A program made the translations under genes and the position numbers. A stretch of DNA of 64,000 nt from Octopus sinensis (taxonomy: Eukaryota), in assembly GCF_006345805.1 (NCBI RefSeq), contig NC_043003.1:68510001-68574000 (forward strand), given 5' to 3'. Below the pieces are notes generated by a model. It was not told where the DNA came from, searched no databases, and worked only from the letters and a program-made list of their open reading frames with translations. Position 1 is the first letter of the stretch; the number at the start of each line of letters is the position of its first letter. Positions 25,393-39,239 of this stretch are shown here, one piece after another.

Positions 25393-26666
25393 ATACATAT
25401 TTTCATGCATACACTTGTAATTATGTTTGCCATCGCACGCTCATACATACATACATATATACATACATGCATAAATGCACGTGTTGGTTCCTCTCTATTG
25501 TTGGGCGTATATTCCAGCGTCGCTATGTCTATGCACAAGAGATAATCTTAATAAATGTTGGCAAGTCTCTGTTTGATTTCAAACCAATGGCTTTATTTCA
25601 ATATTCTCTATGAACAAAAAATATATAATTTGTGAAGAAAATTATCTGCTCTTAATAGATACAATATTTATATTCCTACGGATGTAATTCCTTTATCTTT
25701 CTTGTGAATTATATTTTCTTTCAAAATTATTTATGCTTAAATTTATTTCTCTCTGTAATACTCTCCATTTCTGTCCATCAACCCATGTCCCTTGTTCGTC
25801 CTTTCCTTCTGTCTGTTCCCCGTTATTTTATTTTCCCATATTAATAATATCTTCTCAGTTACCATCAAATATTGCCTTCAAAAATTAACCTTCATGGCGA
25901 CATCGTAATAGAATTCTGTATTTCAACTTTTAGTGAGATACATTTTAGTACAATAGAAATGTACGGCAAAAATACTATTATATTATTTGCAAAAAAACTA
26001 ATCAACTTTATTAATACATTCTTTTATTTATTCTTTTGATGTTTTCTAATAACTGATGTACATTTTGCAACTAATTCGATAAATAATTTTCAGCCAAATT
26101 AATCCACAAAGTAAAGTTTCTACAAAAGAATATTGTTTGATCTGATTCCACGATGCGGATTATGTTGCGATTCATTATTTCTTTGTATTTGTTTCCTGGT
26201 CTCATCTCTCCCTGACTCGAATTGGTTCCCCTAATAATTTCGTTCATCTTTACTTTCCGAGCATTTTATTGTTATTGACTTACATCAATTTCTTTTTTCT
26301 GTTACCGTAATAACTCTCTCTTCCATTCTGTTATGTATTATATCACCTGCACACTATTTAGTGTTACTCTAATAACATTATCTATCGACCTGGCGAGAGA
26401 GTTAGTCTTACACTGCTCGATCAGTTAAGAATGAAATTCCCTCCTCTCTACAACCACACTACAAAGTATAACGTAGTTTCTGATTAATATGTGTGTGTGA
26501 GTGCTTGTGCGTGTGTGTGTGCGTGAGAGAGAGAGAGAGAGTGTGTGTGTTTAGCGCTTGAAGTGCTCTACAGATATTGTATATTGAGAAAAAGGAGGCA
26601 ATCAGAAAATTTGATAATTCTTTATTAGCGATAATAAAGGGTAGTCTGACTGCCTCCTTTTTCTCA

Positions 26667-26776
<110 letters not shown>

Positions 26777-26787
26777 TGTATATATAT

Positions 26788-26825
<38 letters not shown>

Positions 26826-26830
<5 letters not shown>

Positions 26831-26935
26831 CATGCGATGGACTTGCGTCCCGTCCAGCTGGGGAACACATATGCCATAGAAACCGGGAAACCGGCCCCAT
26901 GAGCCTCGCTAGGCTTAAAAAAAGAGCGCATTAAA
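26826..26935 (+). mobile_element. SINE 3' tail fragment
   Basis: Near-identical to 17243-17335. Confidence 0.75.
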
Positions 26936-26964
26936 TTTATATATATATATAGCAGCATGACTGG

Positions 26965-28208
26965 GGTTTGAAACAGCTGCATGACCATTCACATGTGAGT
27001 GTGATCTATTTTGTCTTTGCATAAACATTTGATGACGTAGATCTGGCATGATATATCGCAAACTACGAGACTTTGGCATTGCTGGTAAACTGGAAGAGTG
27101 GCTGCATGACTTTCTTAAAGACAGAACCCAGACAGTTACATCCAATGGTGCCCGCTCTGAGGAAACTCAAGTTCTAAATGGCATACTCCAGGGAACTGTC
27201 TTGGGGTCATTACCGTATATAATAGCCCTTTTAGACATGCCCATGTTCACTTGCGCTGCCACTGTCATTAGCTACGCATATAATACATTATCACAGGCAA
27301 TAAAATTATCACAGGCAATAAAAATTCCAGATGACGTCGGAAGCTTACAGCGGGACTTGATTGCAATATACGAGTATACAACATGATGTTTAATGCTGGA
27401 AATTTTCAAGCACTGCACAAACGCATCGCAGCCTGCATATACGGGACTCAAGGGCATTGCAGCCCCTGAGTCTCAGACAGTGAAAATCTTGAGGTTCATT
27501 TCATATGCACATTACCAAGATGGTAGTAAAGTGCAGACAACTGGCCGGATGGAGACTAAGGTCTTTCAAGACCGAGAAGTTAAGTCGACTCGTGGATATC
27601 CTTGGTTTTCAGCTGCCTCGACAACTGCTCTAATCAATGGCCACCACATAGTGCCAGACTAACAGCGGAGTTTGAAGTCCTTCAATGTCACTACACTAAA
27701 AAGTTTGAACCTGCAGTAGATGAGCTATAGACAGAGGCTGAAAAAACTATGGACTTTACTTCCTATTTCTTTATTACCCACAAGGGGCTAAACATAGAAG
27801 GGACAAACAAGGACAGACATAAGTATTAAGTCGATTACATCGACCCCAGTGCGTAACTGGTACTTAATTTATCGACCCCGAAAGGATGAAAGGTAAAGTC
27901 GACCTCGGCAGAATTAAGGACTTTACTTCCTTGGGCGAAGGCGCGACAGATATGAAATAATTTTCATATGGGGAACTCTATAAAGTCTAGTATCTAATTT
28001 CGACATTGAATGTTATGCAAATGTCACAAATGGGCGCCATTGTAATGTACCAACGGTACTACCCTAAGGTTGAAAAGCCCACAGCTCTTCAATACGCTGC
28101 CACAAACATTAAGAAACCTACATAATCTGGATGTAGATCTCTTGAAAAGGAAGCAAGATTTCTTCTTCACCACAATAACAGTTAAACCGACGGCCCAACA
28201 TGAGATGC
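26965..28208 (+). mobile_element. Decayed CR1/L2-like LINE RT and 3' region, interrupted by a SINE
   Basis: GKLEEWLHDFLKDRTQTV..GILQGTVLG..SYA(DD), LQRDL and PESQTVK motifs; continues after the SINE (NIKKPT / LDVDLLKRK). Confidence 0.8.
27762..27915 (-). mobile_element. 5'-truncated SINE family A with tail B
   Basis: Reverse complement of 7520-7676. Confidence 0.85.
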
Positions 28209-29203
28209 ATACGGGGACAGCAGAATCAACTCCCTCATAGTCAAATGGACCAACAACTAGGAACAAAGGACCATGCAGTAGTGGTAGTGTGACCCCCCCC
28301 CTATTTTGTGGCAATCAGTCGAATGATAATCATAAGTAACAGTGCAAAACCACTGTAATGCTCCAACATAATCGCATTGTTTTTTTATTTTGTCAACTAC
28401 ACAATATAGTAGGGCCAGTTGGGCACCCTCTGCAAGAAGGACAGCACCATGACGCAATTCGCTCTGCTAGAAATTTTGAAACGCCGTGCTGTACTGCTTG
28501 GTATTCGCGCCGGAAGCTCCTATACGATCATTTAAGTGCATCGCAGTGTCAATCTGAGAAACGTGCAATCTGAAGACATGTACTGAGAGTGATAAATATC
28601 ATAAATTCAGTCAAGATCATGGTGTTTGGAGTAATCACTAGTGATAGCGACGTTATGCCTCCATTCATTTTCACAAACGGCCTCACACTCAAGAGGGAGG
28701 CCTACATCAAGTGCCTGGAGGAGTTAGTTCTTCCTGGGTTAAGAGGGTGGCTTCTGGAACCCCTTATGTCTAGCATCAGGTCTCTGCAGCATGCCTCACA
28801 AGCAGGAGAACCCAGTTATGGCTGTCAGACAACCTTTCCGACCACATCACCCCTAGCATCTGGTCACATAACTTTCTAGATTTCAACCCCATTGATTATT
28901 ACGTGTGGGGCGCAGTTGAGCGGCAGACCAAAAAGACTCCTTGTAACACCAAAGATGAACTGAAGACAATGATTGTGGCAGCATCACCAACTTAAGCAAG
29001 GAGACTATCCAGAAGAGTTGCAGGAGATTCCGAAGTCATATGGAGGCCGTTATTGGAGCCAATGGCAATTTTATTGAATAAATTAACTCTTTAGCATTTC
29101 AAGATATATTTATGTACTATTGATAAATATATCTGTTGAAAAAATGTGATGTCACTGTTATTTTCATTTTTGTGTAACGACAATCTATTCAGCACACCAT
29201 CCG

Positions 29204-29205
<2 letters not shown>
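28209..29205 (+). mobile_element. Decayed, internally deleted maT/DD37D-like Tc1/mariner element
   Basis: KIMVFGVITSDSDVMPPFIF and DFNPIDYYVWGAVE motifs, terminal ANGNFIE*; imperfect TIR-like ends. Confidence 0.7.
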
Positions 29206-29262
<57 letters not shown>

Positions 29263-29357
29263 GTGTGTGTGCTCGTATGTATGTATATACGTGTGTCTGA
29301 GAGGGAGAATTATATATATATGTATGTACATATATATATATAAATACATATTTATGC

Positions 29358-29436
<79 letters not shown>

Positions 29437-29443
29437 ATATATG

Positions 29444-29476
<33 letters not shown>

Positions 29477-29869
29477 GTGTTTGTGAATGTGTGTTTGTTT
29501 GTGTGTGTGCGTGTGTGTGGCTCAGTCTGGTTCATGTGCGAGTGCATTTGCGATAGCTTAATGACTATATTCACATGAAACACAAAATACAAAGTATGGA
29601 ATAAAGACTTCGAAATAAACAAAATAAGTTATGTGATTGTCGTATCTTGACAACTGTTTCCTAATGATATAATTACGTTATTCAATAGACGGTAATATTG
29701 TAGGTGTTTGGAATAAAAAACTAATTCGCTAGGAAACATTAGAAGAAATTATATCAGTCTATACCGGAATTAGAATTAAAATTTTCATTTCTGCGAACAA
29801 TACTACTACGTGAATATCGACACCTCTCTTGGTATTGCGTTCTCCAGCACCCGTACGTATATATATATA

Positions 29870-30230
29870 TAGAAATGATGAATTTCTAAATGTCTCAACG
29901 AGGCATGAGCGGTGGTGGAGCGATAAAGAGGTTGTATAAAGTCAACAAAACGTGACAGTCCCGTAGAGGGAATTGCACCACCACTATATAGCCCTAGCTA
30001 GCATCGACGCTTCCTGTCGGCTTTGACACATTTTCTGTGTCCTTACATTCGCAAAGAGGAGGCAAGCACCCCCACCAGCTAGGAACAGCACCCTGAATAC
30101 ATGCATGTTTCTGGGTATTGCCCATCATCAATTCAGGGTATCGTGTCCTTTTCCCTTTATTATAGGCACAATGGCCTGATTACATAGAGGGGACAAAACA
30201 AGACAAAACGGGAACATAAAACAAATGATG
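29870..30230 (-). mobile_element. HHR-bearing retrozyme/Penelope pLTR-like element
   Basis: Pyrimidine-rich leader with AATAAA, then the HHR, then about 200 nt of structured sequence ending at (AT)n; a partial inverted copy lies at 31030-31110. Confidence 0.5.
30090..30139 (-). ncRNA. Type I hammerhead ribozyme motif (C3U variant)
   Basis: ACCCUGAA-UUGAUGA-UGGG[CAAUA]CCCA-GAAA-CAUGCAUG-UA-UUCAGGGU; 8-bp helix I, palindromic helix III and GUA triplet. Confidence 0.75.
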
Positions 30231-31029
30231 TATGGTTGATGGAGTGCTTAATAATTGATGAGAATGAAGCTGTTCGACTCACTCCCGTTTGACGTTAATT
30301 CTCAATACCATCGGGTCTCACTGTGAGGCGAAACCGCGATGGTCTTCTTATCAATATCGTAATCATTAATTGTTCACATTAGTCTTTGTATTTTCTTTTT
30401 CTGTTTTATCTTTTTCTTCCAGTCGTTACCGTATCCTTTTTTTTTACATATTAAATTTCACAGACAAATAACAAAGGTTCAATTCTCAGTTCATTTGCAG
30501 TTCAATTCATTTTTTTTAAATAATTAGTTGCGTTACACTCTTAATTATACTTACCGTCAACATTTTTTCCCCACATTTATTATTGTTATATTTCTTTTTC
30601 CTCTCGTTCTCTTTCTTTTCTTGTGTTTCTCTTCTCGAGTATACTGCTTCGTTCATCTCCGTTTGTGTATCTGAATTTTCTCCCGACTGCAAATACTTCT
30701 CTTCCATCTGTTCTTTTTCTTTGACCCTAAACCACTGCCACACTTCTTCGCTTTGCAGGTTCATCGCTCTCAACATAGAGACAGTAAATAAATTTTTAAA
30801 ATTGTTTTCAGATACTGCTGTAACCATATCGCATTACGTTCGATATGACAGTTTGTCCGGAGTTATAGAGCAAGATGAATTATTCCTTTACATTACGGAC
30901 GAACACCTCAGATCGTATAACTGTAATATAAATGAAACTGCGAGCTTTGGGGGTCTCGTAAGCCATTTAATTCATTGTTAATAATTCATTTCATTTCAAA
31001 TCATCCTTTTTATTTTTATTATATGTACC

Positions 31030-31460
31030 CCATGTCCTGTATTGTATTGTTATGTCCCCTCTTCTGTCAGGCCATTGTGCTTATAATAAAGAGAAAGGTA
31101 ACGCTACCCTGGATTTTTGTTGTTTTTTGAGAGAAGCTGCTCATAAGTTCCTGTGAAGCCGACGTTTGTCAGTGAAAGAAGAAATTGGAAATGATGAGCT
31201 ACGCAGAAGTGACAGCGGAAGACCCGGAAAAAGAGAAATTAAGAAAGCTAACACTGAAGTCGTTGAATTGGGACCCTGAAAAGATGAAGAGATATTTGAG
31301 CAAAGTGGAAATAGAAGCAACGAATGTGAAGCTTGTAATGCCGGAGGAGAAAAAGAAAGTGTTAAGGGATTTAACAAGAGTATATAGAACATTCTCCAAC
31401 GAATCCTGGAGGATTAAAATAGCCACCGATGTTATCCAAGGGAAAGGTAAGGGTCGATAC
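31030..31460 (+). mobile_element. Second copy of the HHR leader followed by an ORF1/N-terminal-like retroelement ORF fragment
   Basis: TGTCCCCTCT..TCAGGCCATTGTGC.TATAATAAAG..AAGG...TACCCTG matches the reverse of 30133-30195. The ORF SYAEVTAEDPEKEKLRKL.. is cut by a SINE near 31465. Confidence 0.35.
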
Positions 31461-31464
31461 AGCT

Positions 31465-31628
31465 TGGAACCTGTGACGTCGCAACTCATTTCTACAGCTG
31501 AGTGAACTGGAGCAACGTTAAATAAAGTGTCTTGCTCAAAAACACAACACACAGCCTGGTCCGGGATTCGAGCTCACAATCTCACGTTCGTAAGCTCGAC
31601 GCTCTAACCACTGAGCGATGCGCCTTCA
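31465..31628 (-). mobile_element. tRNA-derived CORE-like SINE (family B)
   Basis: tRNA-like head and TTGAGCAAGACACTTTATTTAACGTTGCTCCAGTTCACTCAGCTG core. Confidence 0.8.
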
Positions 31629-31640
31629 CCGATACACGTA

Positions 31641-31644
<4 letters not shown>

Positions 31645-31698
<54 letters not shown>

Positions 31699-31781
31699 CA
31701 TACATACATATATATATATTATATATATATATATATATATATGTACGTATATATATATATATATATGCTCATATATATATA

Positions 31782-31827
<46 letters not shown>

Positions 31828-31846
31828 TATATATATTATATATATA

Positions 31847-31907
<61 letters not shown>

Positions 31908-31910
31908 TAG
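31645..31910. repeat. Long interrupted (AT)n/(CATA)n microsatellite
   Basis: Read directly from the sequence. Confidence 0.95.
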
Positions 31911-32989
31911 TTGTATCAAAATATCAATGCTTGAAACATATTTCCCAATATTCAGAAGATACCCGTTTTCGTAAAAGAACAAAAATGCTAAACCTCCATA
32001 CCGACACAAGTAAATATATTTATTTGCATCAATCAATTCATACAATAATCTAGATAGCATCTACTTAAATCCAAATACGCGCTAATGTTATTATAATACC
32101 AATATTTCTTTTCAGTTTATTATTATGTTAATAAGTGTTGTTGGCAGAGCATCTATTCAGTTGGTGTCGTGTTTTATACAATTTAATCTTCTCCGATTAT
32201 GTTGACGCCATATTAGCCATTAAACTAAGTATTTCACACAATAGATAACAATAGGAAGTAATATTTTTATATGTATTGGAACACATTCTTCAGAATAAAA
32301 TGTAATACAATTCTTTATTGATTTATTGTTGTTTGCACGAAACCTATATTCTTTAACAAGGTCAAATCCACTTGATGTTTGTCACATTGAAGTGCAGCAA
32401 TGGATTGGCTTTGAACACATTTATTAAAAAAATTATGATTTAATTTTTCTCAAATGATACAGGTATCGCTGTTCCTTCAAGTGGTTCATTTCACAACCAC
32501 ACGGATTCAGATTCAATGCCAAAGTAGCTTTTGCAATTATCTTATTCTGTAGCGTTACGTTTACAATTCGGTTAAATAAACAGCGGTGGCCAAAACTCAC
32601 CCGACAGTAAATCAAAATTCCATAAATACAATCTGTAATTCTGTATTGACTCGAATGGGAAAATGTGTCGCTCCAGAAGAACTTCAGTTTGAACAATTTT
32701 TCATATTTAGATGCTTTTATTAAATTCATTCAGTTGTTAAACATAAATAAATCTTGGAATTAAATGGATTTGATTTACTGCCAGGTGACTTTCCGCAAGT
32801 TCTGTATACGTGTATGAAAGCACATTATGCCACATCAAGACAGCAGTCGAAGGACTTAAATCAGAGAAGCAATACAAATTATATTTACTCACACAATATA
32901 GTTCCTGACCACGATTATAGAATAATAGATGGATATTCTACATAAAACGTACCATAACTTCAGGCCTCTGGTTCAAAATTTCCCTGACT

Positions 32990-33232
32990 CCTCTATAGTT
33001 TGACAGGAAAAAAACTAATTTATGTTAAGTCATTTCTATATCTTGGTAGTAAAGTGAACTCGAGCGCTTCCCTTATAAATGAAATCATCAACGGTCTTGC
33101 GAAAGAAACCAGCGCAGTCGGCAAATTCCGTCATCGCCTATAGAATGAAAGAGGCATTACACTTGATACCAAAGTACAGGTCTGGAAAGCTGCCATTCTT
33201 GTTCTCTCTTGTATGAAACAGAATCTTGGATA
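32990..33232 (+). mobile_element. RTE LINE internal fragment
   Basis: VKSFLYLGSKVNSSASLINEI..FRHRL*NERGITLDTKVQVWKAAIL. Confidence 0.75.
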
Positions 33233-33238
33233 AAATGA

Positions 33239-33299
33239 CTGTTCCATAATTCAACTTTCCGTTTTGTAGAGAGAAAAACAGCCAGATGGAGGAAAGTTC

Positions 33300-33340
<41 letters not shown>

Positions 33341-33934
33341 GATCCAAAAAGAAAATAGCCGAAGGCATGAAAAACCATACTGTACAATTTCCAGGAGATG
33401 CCGTCTCTGCTCCGAGGAAGCCCTGTCTATTCAGTGGACTAGCGAAAAGATCCTTAATAGAATTTCTGAAAGACTATCGAGAAGCCTACACGCATATAAA
33501 TGTACTTTTGCACAATGCAGTGAGAATGAATTTTGAATAACCGTTAACTTAGTGTAATTTTATTTTATTTTACTTTTAGGTATGGATTACTTAAATTTAC
33601 TATAAACCTCCTCGTTCTTCTAAACACCTACTAAATACCTAACCTGCTTTGTAATTATGAGTGCGCCTAACCTCGCGTGTGCATATGCTCACATTTTGCT
33701 AAAGCTTTTATGAGCGTATGTACTCGTGCCATGCAGCTTACCCAAGGGCGTTTATACATACACATCTGTTAACGATTATTTTCGATACTTTTCTCCCTGG
33801 ATTACGTGTTCGTTTCTCTTTTTCTATTCTGCAATTTTATTTTGGGATCCTCTATATATATATATATATGAATAATTTTTCCTCCGTCTGGCTGTTTTTC
33901 TCTCTACAAAACGAAAAGTTGCATTATGGAACAG
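33239..33934. repeat. Inverted repeat with arms of about 105-120 bp (33239-33359 and 33831-33934) around a 470-bp spacer
   Basis: CTGTTCCATAAT..GTTTTGTAGAGAGAAAAACAGCCAGA.GGAGGAAA..(AT)n..GATCC and its reverse complement. Confidence 0.88.
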
Positions 33935-34192
33935 ACGTTTTAACGATTTTAAAAAATTTCTTTATCCCCCAACGAGATACGTCTGCACCACCGGATACTC
34001 CTGAACCAGTTTTTGTGTGTTCCACAAGAGGAGTCGATTCTAGATGTGTCGAAACAATTGTTGTGATTAATATTATATTTTCGTATATTCCATCTGCTGT
34101 CTTTCATTTGTTATTTACCTAAGAATCACTTTGAAAGTGACCGCGCTTTACCAGTAAACTACCAGGTGTAAACCATTCCTTTTATTATCCAT

Positions 34193-34305
<113 letters not shown>

Positions 34306-34460
34306 TTATTTATTTACATATATAATTGTGGGTATCCAATATACCACCATGCTAGAGATGACAGCCAAAGTCTGACTTCCAAATCTCATCAAGTATTCAT
34401 ACAGCACAGGGTGAAGAAACAAATAGACACATAAACTAGCAAAGTACTGAATTATTTTAA

Positions 34461-34657
34461 TAATAATAATTACCTATAAGGTTTTTCTTCCCATGCTGGC
34501 CACTTTTAGATAGTTATTTTGAATAACGGTCTTATCCTTATTTATATAAAAATTTATATATATTCACTTCGTCACTATATTCACTGCGGTGGTATTTTGA
34601 CCATATAGAACGTGGTGTTTAGGCGGAAATCAAACCGGTTGTGCATATATGTACATC

Positions 34658-34694
<37 letters not shown>

Positions 34695-35060
34695 ATACGT
34701 CCGTATATATAAGTATTAGTATGTTGTATGTATACATATTTGTATATATATCACGTTTTATCTCACTGAAGAGGTAAAGCATATTTTTATAGAGATCCAG
34801 AAATGCAGGCTTTGGGATGATCCAGTATTCTGCTAGTTAATTTGTCTTTTGTCTCTTCACCTTGTGCTGTATGAAAACTTGATGTGGTTTTGGACTTATG
34901 CTTCCTCTGCCATCTCTATCGCGGTGGTAACCTGGATACCCTTAATTATAATTTTAATAATAATTACCTACAAGGTTTTTCTTCCTATGCTGCCCACTTG
35001 ATTTGATCGTTATTTTGAATAACGGCCATATCTCTATTTATATAAAAATTTATATATATA
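34461..35060 (+). repeat. Dispersed direct repeat of about 100 bp (34461-34560 and 34956-35060)
   Basis: TAATAATAATTACCTA.AAGGTTTTTCTTCC.ATGCTG.CCACTT..TTATTTTGAATAACGG occurs twice; a related segment lies near 62330-62400. Confidence 0.75.
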
Positions 35061-35076
35061 TATATATGTATACATA

Positions 35077-35304
35077 CAGGGTGTCCCAAAAGTATGATTA
35101 CAGTTATCACGTAGGCACTTTAAATTACTTTGAAACGTTTTATTACATTTAAAGCTCTATATTACATACTGAAAAGGGCGCATGAGAAAATTAACTAAAT
35201 TAGCATAGAATAATGGTTTTATATTTTTTTTATAATTAAGATCTAAACTGTTAATGTATGAATGCGAAAGAGATAACTGTAAACCTACTTTTTGGGCCAC
35301 CCGG
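35077..35304. mobile_element. Tc1/mariner-type MITE (228 bp)
   Basis: TIRs CAGGGTGTCCCAAAAGTATGATTACAGTTATC / GATAACTGTAAACCTACTTTTTGGGCCACCCGG with TA flanks. Confidence 0.85.
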
Positions 35305-37826
35305 TATATACATTTACATTTTCACACAAACACATATATGTGAGCGCATGTGCATCTATAAGTGAATGTATGCATTTCTATATATAGTTCCATACTTACA
35401 TATACTTATACACACATACATACATAATGCATACATATATACATGCATACATACATGCATACATTCATACATACATACATTCATACATTAACACATATTG
35501 TTACATATATACTTGCATACATACATACATGCATACATATATCTGCATACATTCATACATACATACATGCATAAAGAAGTGTACAACATCCCATTCTATG
35601 TACACACATAAACATCTTCATATTCGAGAACGTGGCAGTACATAGTCTGATCTCCATTTGATGTGCTTCTTATATCTATTTGAAGTGAATGCTATTTGAA
35701 GAATAATCCCTTTTTGAACTCTTGGAATATCTGATGAATAAATCCATACAAATTTCTGGTTCAAACAGTTATAAATCTATCTGTGGAATATTTAATATGA
35801 GAGAAATTACTTTAGTTTAATTCGCTGAAATCAAAAGTTTGAATTATGTTGATACATTCTATAAGTATAAGGAGACCAGATTGACATGAAAGTCGTACAT
35901 GTGTATGAAACGAGAATGTCTTCGTTGACACGCTTGATAAGACAGTGAAAAGGTAACCTTTAGCTTTTTACCTAAATGAATTCCAATATACTCTCTTAAC
36001 ATTTGACAGCTTTAAACTTTTACGTCTTAACTTTTATATCTGGTTAACATCTAAGATTTATTGGAGATAAGTGATTAGATACGTGCTTCAGAAATATAAT
36101 ATTCGGCTGCATCTTTTCTGTGAGATTTCATTATAGAACAAATGATATATTAATATACATTATATTTACGCGTTTAATAAGTATACCTATCTATACAGTC
36201 CGCTGCATCGGTCTCCTCAAATTATGTCTAGTTTATATTGTGTACCGACCATATGTAATAATCATGAATGGTTGGCTGTAAGAATCAGTGTTATGTTACA
36301 GAAACTTTTCAAAAGGAATAAATCAATGAAATGTAGTCGATTATATGTTCTACGACTGTATACACTTCTTCAATATTCGAAACGGAGTTGATGTTGGTGG
36401 TATTGATGGAGGTAGCAAGTTTCATTAAATATAGAAAAACGGTTTCAGTGATGTTGGTGGTGGTGAGTACGGGGTTATGAAATACGTATAAACCATTGCA
36501 ATGTTGTATATTCCCCGACGACTATCAAGTTTATATGTCTTGGCTAATCGGCTTCATACTTCTTGCACATTTCAGATATAAACTCTAAACGATGGAAAGA
36601 ATATAAAATAAACTACGGCATCAATGTATTTGTCAATTTAAAATAAATTTAAGCCAGATTTTGTTAATCTCTTATCGTGTTAAAATTTTTTATTCATTAG
36701 TGTGGCTTTCCGTTTCTCTTCATTTGTGATTCTCTGGTTGATTATGATTATTTGGCGTAAATCTTGTACATTATCCATAGACGTAATTCATTTTACATGA
36801 TATAATCCTTGTAAAATGGGATACTTCATTAATATTTGAAAACCCTCTTTTTCTAGGCAGTTGGATGTCTTTGCTGTTCAGCAGTTAAATCTTGAGGTCC
36901 ACGTTTAGCTAAAACGCCTGAACAGAGAGAGAGAGCCCTGCTTAACTCCATTCTAGATTTTTTCTGTAATATATTTCTCAATATATTTATAGACATTGAG
37001 AAAGAGGTGAATAGATAATGGCGTTAATCGAATCCTTTGAGGATGGTTCGTACAGTTATGTATGTAGAAGAGAGTTAGCTGAGATTTTAGAACCAACTTT
37101 GAAGAACTTAAATGGTTGAATATTCTACACGCATGTGTAACCTCATCTTAATCCTCAGACTAACTGAGCACGATTAACGTAGAATGGATTTCAAATATTC
37201 TAGCCGTAAGACTGGTTCACCCACACCTCTAAATGTATTTGTTTCTTCTACCACACTCAACGATAGACTACAAAGCGACAACTTCCTGGGTCCAATAACC
37301 CTTGAAACGGATTAACTATTCGGAATTCAGTCGGCTTTTATGTTAACCATCAACTTGTAGCGCACCTGCGAACAAACAAAAAAAAGCTAAATAGGCTAAG
37401 GAAACCATCCTCTCAGCGATTATTTTTACATTCCTCAAGGAGTATATAGCCATACATTCCCCTAAAGCTTCGCTCAGATATATGTTGCATATTGCAGCAC
37501 TTCAAGCATGAAATATAACACCCAACTATGTAAGATGTAAGACTTCACCTAACACTCTTCATTCTACAATACCTTTATCTGGAACGTGATGGTACCTCCA
37601 TGCATAGGGGAGCCTGTAACATCAATTTTATTCTAATATATAATATATATAATATGTATATGTATATATATATGTATGTAAGTATATATATGTGTGTGTG
37701 TGTCTCTCTATATATACATATATATATATATATACCCATATATACACAGAGATATACACAGGCACACACGCACGCGCACACACACACACATACACACACA
37801 TACACATACACACACACACATATATA

Positions 37827-38736
<910 letters not shown>

Positions 38737-39239
38737 TATATTTGTATGACGCTAAAGGCAGGAACGCATATATTATGTTCTAGACTTATTTTATGTTTTA
38801 GCCCCCTTCATCTGGGCTATCCTTCATTCGTCTAAAGTCGACAGTGTTTTTCGATTCATACTCTGCGGTGATCAACTACTTTGGTACCGTTTAATTTTTC
38901 TTCATATGTCATCTAATTAGTCTTAGACAATGTTTAACTTTTGGTGTCTACTTATGCACACACTAAAAATATTTACATAATGTCTGTTTATTCTTAAGAA
39001 ATTCCAGGAACATTTATTTGTCACTTTCTCACCAGAGTCATCAACGATGCGGCGGTGAGCACGCCACTTTCTCTTCCGTGATATAAGGAGGAAAAAATTA
39101 TTCTTTTAGTATTCAGTGACAAATTTTGTTTTGATTGTCGTCATGAATATTTTTATTGCTTGGCTCAAAGCAACTCTGGTGTTTCAGCCCTGACCAGTTT
39201 ATACTTTTAATGTTATATTAGATGATATGAATTCATTAA

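Noticed and set aside
29911-29983. 73-nt cloverleaf-like fold with a perfect 7-bp GGUGGUG/CACCACC stem
   Set aside because: No D-arm pairing, no TTCRA T-loop and a misplaced anticodon arm, so it is not a tRNA; probably internal structure of the HHR-bearing repeat.
36330-36520. About 68 stop-free codons on minus (..TSINTTNINSVSNIEEVYTVV..); also about 50 codons on plus at 41352-41500
   Set aside because: No recognisable domain and weak splice sites; within chance expectation.
39036-39054. Plus-strand 19-nt micro-exon with strong splice signals; others near 9241, 36449 and 418-493
   Set aside because: Too short to evaluate, with no linked ORF; it shows that such signals arise by chance on both strands.
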